NCBI GenBank assembly: GCA_964016885.1
Contig: OZ024740.1
Coordinates: forward strand, 20,026,001 to 20,090,000
Length of the DNA: 64,000 nt
Origin: Eledone cirrhosa
Lineage: Eukaryota
Direction of reading: 5' to 3'
Shown here: positions 1 through 15,000 of the stretch, piece by piece
Position numbering within the stretch: the first letter of the stretch is position 1
How the letters are laid out: each line of letters begins with the position of its first letter
Position numbers and translations under genes: made by a program
The notes under the pieces: model-generated
What the model saw: the letters and a program-made list of their open reading frames with translations, nothing else
What the model was told of the DNA's origin: nothing
The model's database searches: none

Positions 1-3000
1 GCAGTGTCCTCTCGACAGCTAACAACTGATGCAGTGTCCTCTCGACAGCTAACACCTGATGCAGTGTCTCAAGAGCTAACAACTGATGCAGTGTCCCGAC
101 AGCTAACAACTGATGCAGTGTCAACTCGACAGCTAACAACTGATGCAGTGTCCTCTCGACAGCTAACAACTGATGCAGTGCCTCGACAGCTAACAACTGA
201 TGCAGTGTCCCGAAAGCTAACAACTGATGCAGTGTCTCGAGAAGCTAACAACTGATGCAGTGTCCCGAAAGCTAACAACTGATGCAGTGTCTCAAGAGTT
301 AACAACTGATGCAGTGTCCCGACAGCTAACAACTGATGCAGTGTCAACTCGACAGCTAATCACTGATGCAGTGTCCTCTCGACAGCTAACAACTGATGCA
401 GTGTCTCAAGAGTTAACAACTGATGCAGTGTCCCGACAGCTAACAACCTATGCAGTGTCCCGACATCTAACAACTCATGCAGTGCCTCGACAGCTAACAA
501 CTGCTGCAGTGTCCCGACAGCTAACAACTGATGCAGTGTCTCGACAGCTAACAACTGATGCAGTGTCCTCTCGACAGCTAACAACTGATGCAGTGTCCCA
601 ACAGCTAACAACTGATGCAGTGTCCTCTCGAAAGCTAACAACTGATGCAGTGTCTCGAAATCTAACAACTGATGCAGTGTCCCGACAGCTAACAACTGAT
701 GCAGTGTCCTCTCGACAGCTAACAACTGATGCAGTGTCCTGACAGCTGACAACTGAGGCAGTGTCCCGACAGCTAACAACTGATGCAGTGTCTCAACAGC
801 TAACAACTGATGCAGTGACCCGACAGCTAACAACTGATGCAGTGATTCGACATCTAACCACTGATGCAGTGTCCTCTGGACAGCTAACAACTGATGCAGT
901 GTCCCGACAGCTAACAACTGATGCAGTGTCTCGAAATCTAACAACTGATGCAGTGTCTCGACAGCTAACAACTGATGCAGTGTCCTCTCGACAGCTAACA
1001 ACTGATGAAGTGTCCTCTCGACAGCTAACAACTGATGAAGTGTCCTCTCGACAGCTAACAACTGATGAAGTGTCTCGACAGCTAACAACTGATGCAGTGT
1101 CCTCTCGACAGCTAACAACTGATGCAGTGTCCCGACAGCTAACAACTGATGCAGTGTCCTCTCGACAGCTAACAACTGATGAATTATCCTCTCGACAGCT
1201 AACAACTGATGCAGTGTCCCGACAGCTAACAACTGATGCAGTGTCCTCTCGACAGCTAACAACTGATGCAGTGTCCTCTCGACAGCTAACAACTGATGAA
1301 GTGTCCTCTCGACAGCTAACAACTGATGAAGTGTCCTCTCGACAGCGAACAACTGATGCAGTGTCCTCTCGACAGCTAACAACTGATGAAGTGTCCTCTC
1401 GACAGCTAACAACTGATGCAGTGTCTAGACAGCTAACAACTGATGCAGTGTCCTCTCGACAGCTAACAACTGATGCAGTGTCCTCTCGACAGCTAACAAC
1501 TGATGCAGTGTCCTCTCGACAGCTAACAACTGATGCAGTGTCTCGACAGCTAACAACTGATGCAGTGTCCTCTCGACAGCTAACAACTGATGCAGTGTCC
1601 TCTCGACAGCTAACAACTGATGCAGTGTCCTCTCGACATCTAACAACTGATGCAGTGTCCTCTCGACAGCTAACAACTGATGAAGTGTCTCGACAGCTAA
1701 CAACTGATGCAGTGTCCTCTCGACAGCTAACAACTGATGCAGTGTCCTCTCGACAGCTAACAACTGATGCAGTGTCCTCTCGACAGCTAACAACTGATGC
1801 AGTGTCCCGACAGCTAACAACTGATGCAGTGTCCCGACAACTAACAACTGATGCAGTGTCCTCTCGACAGCTAACAACTGATGCAGTGTCCTCTCGACAG
1901 CTAACAACTGATGCAGTGTCCTCTCGACAGCTAACAACTGATGAAGTGTCCTCTCGACAGCTAACAACTGATGCAGTGTCTCGACAGCTAACAACTGATG
2001 CAGTGTCCTCTCGACAGCTAACAACTGATGCAGTGTCCTCTCGACAGCTAACAACTGATGCAGTGTCCTCTCGACAGCTAACAACTGATGCAGTGTCTCG
2101 ACAGCTAACAACTGATGCAGTGTCCTCTCGACAGCTAACAACTGATGCAGTGTCCTCTCGACAGCTAACAACTGATGCAGTGTCCTCTCGACATCTAACA
2201 ACTGATGCAGTGTCCTCTCGACAGCTAACAACTGATGCAGTGTCCCGACAGCTAACAACTCATGCAGTGTCCTCTCGACAGCTAACAACTGATGCAGTGT
2301 CCTCTCGACAGCTAACAACTGATGCAGTGTCCTCTCGATAGCTAACAAATGATGAAGTGTCTCGACAGCTAACAACTGATGCAGTGTCCTCTCGACAGCT
2401 AACAACTGATGCAGTGTCCCGACAGCTAACAACTGATGCAGTGTTCTCTCGACAGCTAACAACTGATGCAGTGTCCTCTCGACAGCTAACAACTGATGCA
2501 GTGTCCTCTCGACAGCTAACAACTGATGAAGTGTCCTCTCGACAGCTAACAACTGATGAAGTGTCCTCTCGACAGCTAACAACTGATGCAGTGTCCTCTC
2601 GACAGCTAACAACTGATGAAGTGTCCTCTCGACAGCTAACAACTGATGCAGTGTCTCGACAGCTAACAACTGATGCAGTGTCCTCTCGACAGCTAACAAC
2701 TGATGCAGTGTCCTCTCGACAGCTAACAACTGATGCAGTGTCCTCTCGACAGCTAACAACTGATGCAGTGTCTCGACAGCTAACAACTGATGCAGTGTCC
2801 TCTCGACAGCTAACAACTGATGCAGTGTCCTCTCGACAGCTAACAACTGATGCAGTGTCCTCTCGACATCTAACAACTGATGCAGTGTCCTCTCGACAGC
2901 TAACAACTGATGAAGTGTCTCGACAGCTAACAACTGATGCAGTGTCCTCTCGACAGCTAACAACTGATGCAGTGTCCTCTCGACAGCTAACAACTGATGC

Positions 3001-6000
3001 AGTGTCCTCTCGACAGCTAACAACTGATGCAGTGTCCTCTCGACAGCTAACAACTGATGAAGTGTCCTCTCGACAGCTAACAACTGATGAAGTGTCCTCT
3101 CGACAGCTAACAACTGATGAAGTGTCTCGACAGCTAACAACTGATGCAGTGTCCTCTCGACAGCTAACAACTGATGAAGTGTCCTCTCGACAGCTAACAA
3201 CTGATGAAGTGTCTCGACAGCTAACAACTGATGCAGTGTCCTCTCGACAGCTAACAACTGATGCAGTGTCCCGACAGCTAACAACTGATGCAGTGTCCTC
3301 TCGACAGCTAACAACTGATGAAGTATCCTCTCGACAGCTAACAACTGATGCAGTGTCCCGACAGCTAACAACTGATGCAGTGTCCTCTCGACAGCTAACA
3401 ACTGATGCAGTGTCCTCTCGACAGCTAACAACTGATGAAGTGTCCTCTCGACAGCTAACAACTGATGAAGTGTCCTCTCGACAGCTAACAACTGATGCAG
3501 TGTCCTCTCGACAGCTAACAACTGATGAAGTGTCCTCTCGACAGCTAACAACTGATGCAGTGTCTCGACAGCTAACAACTGATGCAGTGTCCTCTCGACA
3601 GCTAACAACTGATGCAGTGTCCTCTCGACAGCTAACAACTGATGCAGTGTCCTCTCGACAGCTAACAACTGATGCAGTGTCCTCTCGACAGCTAACAACT
3701 GATGCAGTGTCTCGACAGCTAACAACTGATGCAGTGTCCTCTCGACAGCTAACAACTGATGCAGTGTCCTCTCGACATCTAACAACTGATGCAGTGTCCT
3801 CTCGACAGCTAACAACTGATGAGGTGTCTCGACAGCTAACAACTGATGCAGTGTCCTCTCGACAGCTAACAACTGATGAAGTGTCTCGACATCTAACAAC
3901 TGATGCAGTGTCCTCTCGACAGCTAACAACTGATGCAGTGTCTTCTCGACAGCTAACAACTGATGAAGTGTCTCGACAGCTAACAACTGATGCAGTGTCC
4001 TCTCGACAGCTAACAACTGATGCAGTTTCCTCTCGACAGCTAACAACTGATGCAGTGTCTCGACAGCTAACAACTGATGCAGTGTCTCGACAGCTAACAA
4101 CTGATGCAGTGTCTCAACAGCTAACAACTGATGCAGTGATTCGACATCTAACAACTGATACGGTGTCCACGCAGGTAACAACTGATGCAGTGTCCTCTCG
4201 ACAGGTAACAACTGATGAAGTGTCCTCTCGACAGCTAACAACTGATGCAATGTCCTCTAAACAGCTAACAACTTATGCAGTGTCCTCTCGACAGCTAACA
4301 ACTGATGCAGTGTCCTCTCGACAGCTAACAACTGATGCAGTGTCCCGTCAGCTAACAACTGATGCAGTGTCTCGACATCTAACAAATGATGCAGTGTCCC
4401 AATAGCTAACAACTGATGCAGTGTCCTCTCGACAGCTAACAACTGATGCAGTGTCCCGACAGCTAACAACTGATGCAGTGTCCTCTCGACAGCTAACAAC
4501 TGATGCAGTGTCCTCTCGACAGCTAACAACTGATGCAGTGTCCCGACAGCTAACAACTGATGCAGTGTCCCCTCGACAGCTAACAACTGATGCAGTGTCC
4601 TCTCGACAGCTAACAACTGATGCAGTGTCCCGAGAGCTAACAACTGATGCAGTGTCCTCTCGACAGCTAATAACTGATGCAGTGTCCCGACAGCTAACAA
4701 CTGATGCAGTGTCCTCTCGAAAGCTAACAACTGATGCAGTGTCCCGACAGCTAACAACTGATGCAGTGTCCCGACAGCTAACAACTGATGAAGTGTCCTC
4801 TCGACAGCTAACAACTGATGCAGTGATTTGACATCTAACAACTGATGCAGTGTCCTCTCGACAGCTAACAACTGATGCAGTGTCCTCTCGACAGCTAACA
4901 ACTGATGCAGTGTCTCGACAGCTAACAACTGATGCAGTGTCTCGACAGCTAACAACTGATGCAGTGTCCTCTCGACAGCTAACAACTGATGCAGTGTCCT
5001 CTCGACAGCTAACACCTGATGCAGTCTCTCAAGAGCTAACAACTGATGCAGTGTCCCGACAGCTAACAACTGATGCAGTGTCAACTCGACAGCTAACAAC
5101 TGATGCAGTGTCCTCTCGACAGCTAACAACTGATGCAGTGCCTCGACAGCTAACAACTGATGTAGTGTCCTCTCGACAGCTAACAACCTATGCAGTGTCC
5201 CGACAGCTAGAAAATGATGCAGTGCCTCGACAGCTAACAACTGCTGCAGTGTCCCGACAGCTAACAACTGATGCAGTGTCTCGACAGCTAACAACTGATG
5301 CAGTGTCCTCTCGACAGCTAACAACTGATGCAGTGTCCCAACAGCTAACAACTGATGCAGTGTCCTCTCGAAAGCTAAAAACTGATGCAGTGTCCTCTCG
5401 ACAGCTAACAACTGATGCAGTGTCTCGAAATCTAACCACTGATGCAGTGTCCCGACAGCTAACAACTGATGCAGTGTCCTCTCGACAGCTAACAACTGAT
5501 GCAGTCTCCTGACAGCTGACAACTGATGCAGTGTCCCGACAGCTAACAACTGATGCAGTGTCTCGACAGCTAACAACTGATGCAGTGACCCGACAGCTAA
5601 CAACTGATGCAGTGATTCGACATCTAACCACTGATGCAGTGTCCTCTCGACAGCTAACAACTGATGCAGTGTCCTCCCGACAGCTAACAACTGATGCAGT
5701 GTCCTCTCGAAAGCTAAAAACTGATGCAGTGTCCTCTCGACAGCTAACAACTGATGCAGTTTCCTCTCGACAGCTAACAACTGATGCAGTGTCCTCTCGA
5801 CAGCTAACATCTGATGCAGTGTCTCGACAGCTAACAACTGATGCAGTGTCTCGACAGCTAACAACTGATGCAGTGTCTCGACAGCTAAACAACTGATGCA
5901 GTGTCTCGACAGCTAACAACTGATGCAGTGTCCTTCCGACAGCTAACAACTAATGCAGTGTCCCGACAGCTAACAACTGATGTAGTGTCTCGACAGCTAA

Positions 6001-9000
6001 CAACTGATGCAGTGACCCGACAGCTAACAACTGATGCAGTGATTCGACATCTAACCACTGATGCAGTGTCCTCTCGACAGCTAACAACTGATGCAGTGTC
6101 CTCCCGACAGCTAACAACTGATGCAGTGTCCTCTCGAAAGCTAAAAACTGATGCAGTGTCCTCTCGACAGCTAACAACTGATGCAGTGTCCTCTCGACAG
6201 CTAACAACTGATGCAGTGTCCTCTCGACAGCTAACAACTGATGCAGTGTCCTCTCGACAGCTAACAACTGATGCAGTGTCCTCTCGACAGGTAACAACTG
6301 ATGAAGTGTCCTCTCGACAGCTAACAACTGATGCAATGTCCTCTATACAGCTAACAACTTATGCAGTGTCCTCTCGACAGCTAACAACTGATGCAGTGTC
6401 CTCTCGACAGCTAACAACTGATGCAGTGTCCCGACAGCTAACAACTGATGCAGTGTCTCGACATCTAACAACTGATGCAGTGTCCCAATAGCTAACAACT
6501 GATGCAGTGTCCTCTCGACAGCTAACAACTGATGCAGTGTCCCGACAGCTAACAACTGATGCAGTGTCCTCTCGACAGCTAACAACTGATGCAGTGTCCT
6601 CTCGACAGCTAACAACTGATGCAGTGTCCCGACAGCTAACAACTGATGCAGTGTCCTCTCGACAGCTAACAACTGATGCAGTGTCCTCTCGACAGCTAAC
6701 AACTGATGCAGTGTCCCGCCAGCTAACAACTGATGCAGTGTCCTCTCGACAGCTAACAACTGATGCAGTGTCCCGACAGCTAACAACTGATGCAGTGTCC
6801 TCTCGACAGCTAACAACTGATGCAGTGTCCCAACAGCTAACAACTGATGCAGTGTCTCGACAGCTAACAACTGATGCAGTGTCCTTCCGACAGCTAACAA
6901 CTGATGCAGTGTCCTCTCGACAGCTAACAACTGATGCAGTGGCCCGACAACTAAAATCTGATGAGGTGTCTCGACAGCTAACAACTGATGTAGTGTCTCG
7001 ACAGCTAACAACTGATGCAGTGTCCTTCCGACAGCTAACAACTGATGCAGTGTCCTCTCGACAGCTAAAAACTGATGCAGTGATTCGACATCTAACAACT
7101 GATGCAGTGTCCTCTCGACAGCTAACAACTGATGCAGTGGCCCGACAGCTAACAACTGATGCAGTGTCCCGACAGCTAACAACTGATGCAGTGTCTCGAC
7201 ATCTAACAACTGATGCAGTGTCCTCTCGACAGCTAACAATTGATGCAGTGTCCCAACAGCTAACAACTGATGCAGTGTCTCGACAGCTAACAACTGATGC
7301 AGTGTCCTTCCGACAGCTAACAACTGATGCAGTGTCTCGACAGCTAACAACTGATGTAGTGTCTCGACAGCTAACAACTGATGCAGTGTCCTTCCGACAG
7401 CTGACAACTGATGCAGTGTCCTCTCGACAGCTAACAACTGATGCAGTGGCCCGACAGCTAAAATCTGATGAGGTGTCTCGACAGCTAACAACTAATGCAG
7501 TGTCCTCTCGACAGCTAACAAAATATGCAGTTTCCTCTCGACAGCTAACACCTGATGCAGTGTCCTTTCGACAGCTAACAACTGATGCAGTGTCCTCTCG
7601 ACAGCTAACAAAATATGCAGTTTCTTCTCGACAGCTAACAACTGATGCAGTGTCCTCCCGACAGATAACAACTGATGCAGTGTCCTCTCGACAGCTAACA
7701 ACTGATGCAGTCTTCCGACAGCTAACAACTGAAGCAGTGTCCCCTCGACAACTAACAACTGATGCAGTGTCCCAACAGCTAACAACTGATACAGTGTCTC
7801 GACAGCTAACAACTGATGCAGTGTCCCGAAAGCTAACAACTGATGCAGTGTCTCGAGAAGCTTAGAACTGATGCAGTGTCCCGAAAGCTAACAACTGATG
7901 CAGTGTCCCGACAGCTAACAACTGATGCAGTGTCCCGACAGCTAACAACTGATGCAGTGTCCTCTCGACAGTTAACAACTGATGCAGTGTCCTCTCGACA
8001 GCTAACAACTGATGCAGTGTCTCAAGAGTTAACAACTGATGCAGTGTCCCGACAGCTAACAACTGATGCAGTGTCAACTCGACAGCTAATCACTGATGCA
8101 GTGTCCTCTCGACAGCTAACAACTGATGCAGTGTCTCAAGAGTTAACAACTGATGCAGTGTCCCGACAGCTAACAACCTATGCAGTGTCCCGACATCTAA
8201 CAACTCATGCAGTGCCTCGACAGCTAACAACTGCTGCAGTGTCCCGACAGCTAACAACTGATGCAGTGTCTCGACAGCTAACAACTGATGCAGTGTCCTC
8301 TCGACAGCTAACAACTGATGCAGTGTCCCAACAGCTAACAACTGATGCAGTGTCCTCTCGAAAGCTAACAACTGATGCAGTGTCTCGAAATCTAACAACT
8401 GATGCAGTGTCCCGACAGCTAACAACTGATGCAGTGTCCTCTCGACAGCTAACAACTGATGCAGTGTCCTGACAGCTGACAACTGAGGCAGTGTCCCGAC
8501 AGCTAACAACTGATGCAGTGTCTCAACAGCTAACAACTGATGCAGTGACCCGACAGCTAACAACTGATGCAGTGATTCGACATCTAACCACTGATGCAGT
8601 GTCCTCTGGACAGCTAACAACTGATGCAGTGTCCCGACAGCTAACAACTGATGCAGTGTCTCGAAATCTAACAACTGATGCAGTGTCTCGACAGCTAACA
8701 ACTGATGCAGTGTCCTCTCGACAGCTAACAACTGATGAAGTGTCCTCTCGACAGCTAACAACTGATGAAGTGTCCTCTCGACAGCTAACAACTGATGAAG
8801 TGTCTCGACAGCTAACAACTGATGCAGTGTCCTCTCGACAGCTAACAACTGATGCAGTGTCCCGACAGCTAACAACTGATGCAGTGTCCTCTCGACAGCT
8901 AACAACTGATGAATTATCCTCTCGACAGCTAACAACTGATGCAGTGTCCCGACAGCTAACAACTGATGCAGTGTCCTCTCGACAGCTAACAACTGATGCA

Positions 9001-12000
9001 GTGTCCTCTCGACAGCTAACAACTGATGAAGTGTCCTCTCGACAGCTAACAACTGATGAAGTGTCCTCTCGACAGCTAACAACTGATGCAGTGTCCTCTC
9101 GACAGCTAACAACTGATGAAGTGTCCTCTCGACAGCTAACAACTGATGCAGTGTCTAGACAGCTAACAACTGATGCAGTGTCCTCTCGACAGCTAACAAC
9201 TGATGCAGTGTCCTCTCGACAGCTAACAACTGATGCAGTGTCCTCTCGACAGCTAACAACTGATGCAGTGTCTCGACAGCTAACAACTGATGCAGTGTCC
9301 TCTCGACAGCTAACAACTGATGCAGTGTCCTCTCGACAGCTAACAACTGATGCAGTGTCCTCTCGACATCTAACAACTGATGCAGTGTCCTCTCGACAGC
9401 TAACAACTGATGAAGTGTCTCGACAGCTAACAACTGATGCAGTGTCCTCTCGACAGCTAACAACTGATGCAGTGTCCTCTCGACAGCTAACAACTGATGC
9501 AGTGTCCTCTCGACAGCTAACAACTGATGCAGTGTCCCGACAGCTAACAACTGATGCAGTGTCCCGACAACTAACAACTGATGCAGTGTCCTCTCGACAG
9601 CTAACAACTGATGCAGTGTCCTCTCGACAGCTAACAACTGATGCAGTGTCCTCTCGACAGCTAACAACTGATGAAGTGTCCTCTCGACAGCTAACAACTG
9701 ATGCAGTGTCTCGACAGCTAACAACTGATGCAGTGTCCTCTCGACAGCTAACAACTGATGCAGTGTCCTCTCGACAGCTAACAACTGATGCAGTGTCCTC
9801 TCGACAGCTAACAACTGATGCAGTGTCTCGACAGCTAACAACTGATGCAGTGTCCTCTCGACAGCTAACAACTGATGCAGTGTCCTCTCGACAGCTAACA
9901 ACTGATGCAGTGTCCTCTCGACATCTAACAACTGATGCAGTGTCCTCTCGACAGCTAACAACTGATGCAGTGTCCCGACAGCTAACAACTCATGCAGTGT
10001 CCTCTCGACAGCTAACAACTGATGCAGTGTCTCGACATCTAACAACTGATGCAGTGTCCTCTCGACAGCTAACAACTGATGAAGTGTCCTCTCGACAGCT
10101 AACAACTGATGCAGTGTCCTCTTGACAGCTAACATCTGATGCAGTGTCCTCTCGACAGCTAACAACTGATGCAGTGTCCTCTCGACAGCTAACAACTGAT
10201 GCAGTGTCCTCTCGACAGCTAACAACTGATGCAGTGTCCTCTCGACAGCTAACAACTGATGCAGTGTCCTCTCGACAGCTAACAAATGATGAAGTGTCTC
10301 GACAGCTAGCAACTGATGCAGTGTCCTCTCGACAGCTAACAACTGATGCAGTGTCCCGACAGCTAACAACTGATGCAGTGTTCTCTCGACAGCTAACAAC
10401 TGATGCAGTGTCCTCTCGACAGCTAACAACTGATGCAGTGTCCTCTCGACAGCTAACAACTGATGAAGTGTCCTCTCGACAGCTAACAACTGATGAAGTG
10501 TCCTCTCGACAGCTAACAACTGATGCAGTGTCCTCTCGACAGCTAACAACTGATGAAGTGTCCTCTCGACAGCTAACAACTGATGCAGTGTCTCGACAGC
10601 TAACAACTGATGCAGTGTCCTCTCGACAGCTAACAACTGATGCAGTGTCCTCTCGACAGCTAACAACTGATGCAGTGTCCTCTCGACAGCTAACAACTGA
10701 TGCAGTGTCTCGACAGCTAACAACTGATGCAGTGTCCTCTCGACAGCTAACAACTGATGCAGTGTCCTCTCGACAGCTAACAACTGATGCAGTGTCCTCT
10801 CGACATCTAACAACTGATGCAGTGTCCTCTCGACAGCTAACAACTGATGAAGTGTCTCGACAGCTAACAACTGATGCAGTGTCCTCTCGACAGCTAACAA
10901 CTGATGCAGTGTCCTCTCGACAGCTAACAACTGATGCAGTGTCCTCTCGACAGCTAACAACTGATGCAGTGTCCCGACAGCTAACAACTGATGCAGTGTC
11001 CCGACAACTAACAACTGATGCAGTGTCCTCTCGACAGCTAACAACTGATGCAGTGTCCTCTCGACAGCTAACAACTGATGCAGTGTCCCGACAGCTAACA
11101 ACTGATGCAGTGTCCTCTCGACAGCTAACAACTGATACAGTGTCCCGACAGCTAACAACTCATGCAGTGTCCTCTCGACAGCTAACAACTGATGCAGTGT
11201 CTCGACATCTAACAACTGATGCAGTGTCCTCTCGACAGATAACAACTGATGAAGTGTCCTCTCGACAGCTAACAACTGATGCAGTGTCCTGTCGACAGCT
11301 AACATCTGATGCAGTGTCCTCTCGACAGCTAACAACTGATGCAGTGTCCTCTCGACAGCTAACAACTGATGCAGTGTCCTCTCGACAGCTAACAACTGAT
11401 GCAGTGTCCTCTCGACAGCTAACAACTGATGCAGTGTCCTCTCGACAGCTAACAAATGATGAAGTGTCTCGACAGCTAACAACTGATGCAGTGTCCTCTC
11501 GACAGCTAACAACTGATGCAGTGTCCCGACAGCTAACAACTGATGCAGTGTTCTCTCGACAGCTAACAACTGATGAAGTGTCCTCTCGACAGCTAACAAC
11601 TGATGCAGTGTCCCGACAGCTAACAACTGATGCAGTGTCCTCTCGACAGCTAACAACTGATGCAGTGTCCTCTCGATAGCTAACAACTGATGAAGTGTCC
11701 TCTCGACAGCTAACAACTGATGAAGTGTCCTCTCGACAGCTAACAACTGATGCAGTGTCCTCTCGACAGCTAACAACTGATGAAGTGTCCTCTCGACAGC
11801 TAACAACTAATGCAGTGTCTCGACAGCTAACAACTGATGCAGTGTCCTCTCGACAGCTAACAACTGATGCAGTGTCCTCTCGACAGCTAACAACTGATGC
11901 AGTGTCCTCTCGACAGCTAACAACTGATGCAGTGTCCTCTCGACAGCTAACAACTGATGCAGTGTCTCGACAGCTAACAACTGATGCAGTGTCCTCTCGA

Positions 12001-15000
12001 CAGCTAACAACTGATGCAGTGTCCTCTCGACAGCTAACAACTGATGCAGTGTCTTCTCGACAGCTAACAACTGATGCAGTGTCCTCTCGACAGCTAACAA
12101 CTGATGAAGTGACTCGACAGCTAACAACTGATGCAGTGTCCTTCCGACAGCTAACAACTGATGCAGTGTCCTCTCGACAGCTAACAACTGATGCAGTGTC
12201 CTCTCGACATCTAACAACTGATGCAGTGTCCTCTCGACAGCTAACAACTGATGAAGTGTCTCGACAGCTAACAACTGATGCAGTGTCCTCTCGACAGCTA
12301 ACAACTGATGGAGTGTCCTCTCGACAGCTAACAACTGATGCAGTGTCCTCTCGACATCTAACAACTGATGCAGTGTCCCGACAGCTAACAACTGATGCAG
12401 TGTCCTCTCGACAGCTAACAACTGATGCAGTGTCCTCTCGACAGCTAACAACTGATGCAGTGTCCCGACAGCTAACAACTTATGCAGTGTCCTCTCGACA
12501 GCTAACAACTGATGCAGTGTCCCGACAGCTAACAACTGATGCAGTGTCCCGACAGCTAACAACTGATGAAGTGTCCTCTCGACAGCTAACAACTGATGAA
12601 GTGTCTCGACAGCTAACAACTGATGCAGTGTCCCGACAGCTAACAACTGATGCAGTGTCCTCTCGACAGCTAACAACTGATGCAGTGTTCCGACAGCTAA
12701 CAACTGATGCAGTGTCCCCTCGACAACTAACAACTGATGCAGTGTCCCAACAGCTAACAACTGATACAGTGTCTCGACAGCTAACAACTGATGCAGTGTC
12801 CCGAAAGCTAACAACTGATGCAGTGTCTCGAGAAGCTAACAACTGATGCAGTGTCCCGAAAGCTAACAACTGATGAAGTGTCTAGACAGCTAACAACTGA
12901 TGCAGTGTCCCAACAGCTAACAACTGATGCAGTGTCCTCTCGACAGCAAACAACTGATGCAGTGTCACGACAGCTAACAACTGATGCAGTGTCCCGACAG
13001 CTAACAACTGATGCAGTGTCCTCTCGACAGTTAACAACTGATGCAGTGTCCTCTCGACAGCTATCATCTGATGCAGTATGTCAAGAGTTAACAACTGATG
13101 CAGTGTCCCGACAGCTAACAACTGATGCAGTGTCAACTCGACAGCTAACAACTGATGCAGTGTCCTCTCGACAGCTAACAACTGATGCAGTGTCCTGACA
13201 GCTGACAACTGATGCAGTGTCCCGACAGCTAACAACTGATGCAGTGTCTCAACAGCTAACAACTGATGCAGTGACCCGACAGCTAACAACTGATGCAGTG
13301 ATTCGACATCTAACCACTGATGCAGTGTCCTCTGGACAGCTAACAACTGATGCAGTGTCCTCTCGACAGCTAACAACTGATGCAGTGTCCTGACAGCTAA
13401 CAACTGATGCAGTGTCCTCTCGACATCTAACAACTGATGCTGTGCTCAGACAGCTAACAACTGATGCAGTGTCCCGACAGCTAACAACTGATGCAGTGTC
13501 TCGACAGTTAACAACTGATGCAGTGTCCCGACAGCTAACAACTGATGCAGTGTCTCGAAATCTAACAACGGATGCAGTGTCTCGACAGCTATCATCTGAT
13601 GCAGTGTCCTCTCGACAGCTAACAACTGATGCAGTGTCCTCTCGACAGCTAACAACTGATGCAGTGTCCTCTCGACAGCTAACAACTGATGCAGTGTCCT
13701 CTCGACAGCTAACAACTGATGAAGTGTCCTCTCGACAGCTAACAACTGATGAAGTGTCTCGACAGCTAACAACTGATGCAGTGTCCTCTCGACAGCTAAC
13801 AACTGATGCAGTGTCCCGACAGCTAACAACTGATGCAGTGTCCTCTCGACAGCTAACAACTGATGAAGTGTCCTCTCGACAGCTAACAACTGATGCAGTG
13901 TCCCGACAGCTAACAACTGATGCAGTGTCCTCTCGACAGCTAACAACTGATGCAGTGTCCTCTCGACCAGCTAACAACTGATGAAGTGTCCTCTCGACAG
14001 CTAACAACTGATGAAGTGTCCTCTCGACAGCTAACAACTGATGCAGTGTCCTCTCGACAGCTAACAACTGATCAAGTGTCCTCTCGACAGCTAACAACTG
14101 ATGCAGTGTCCTCTCGACAGCTAACAACTGATGCAGTGTCTTCTCGACAGCTAACAACTGATGCAGTGTCCTCTCGACAGCTAACAACTGATGAAGTGAC
14201 TCGACAGCTAACAACTGATGCAGTGTCCTTCCGACAGCTAACAACTGATGCAGTGTCCTCTCGACAGCTAACAACTGATGCAGTGTCCTCTCGACATCTA
14301 ACAACTGATGCAGTGTCCTCTCGACAGCTAACAACTGATGAAGTGTCTCGACAGCTAACAACTGATGCAGTGTCCTCTCGACAGCTAACAACTGATGGAG
14401 TGTCCTCTCGACAGCTAACAACTGATGCAGTGTCCTCTCGACATCTAACAACTGATGCAGTGTCCCGACAGCTAACAACTGATGCAGTGTCCTCTCGACA
14501 GCTAACAACTGATGCAGTGTCCTCTCGACAGCTAACAACTGATGCAGTGTCCCGACAGCTAACAACTTATGCAGTGTCCTCTCGACAGCTAACAACTGAT
14601 GCAGTGTCCCGACAGCTAACAACTGATGCAGTGTCCTCTCGACAGCTAACAACTGATGCAGTGTCTCGACATCTAACAACTGATGCAGTGTCCTCTCGAC
14701 AGCTAACAACTGATGAAGTGTCCTCTCGACAGCTAACAACTGATGCAGTGTCCTCTCAACATCTAACAACTGATGCAGTGTCTCGACATCTAACAACTGA
14801 TGCAGTGTCCTCTCGACAGCTAACAACTGATGAAGTGTCCTCTCGACAGCTAACAACTGATGCAGTGTACTCTCGACATCTAACAACTGATGCAGTGTCC
14901 TCTCGACAGCTAACAACTGATGCAGTGTCCCGACAGCTAACAACTGATGAAGTGTCCTCTCGACAGCTAACAACTGATGAAGTGTCTCGACAGCTAACAA

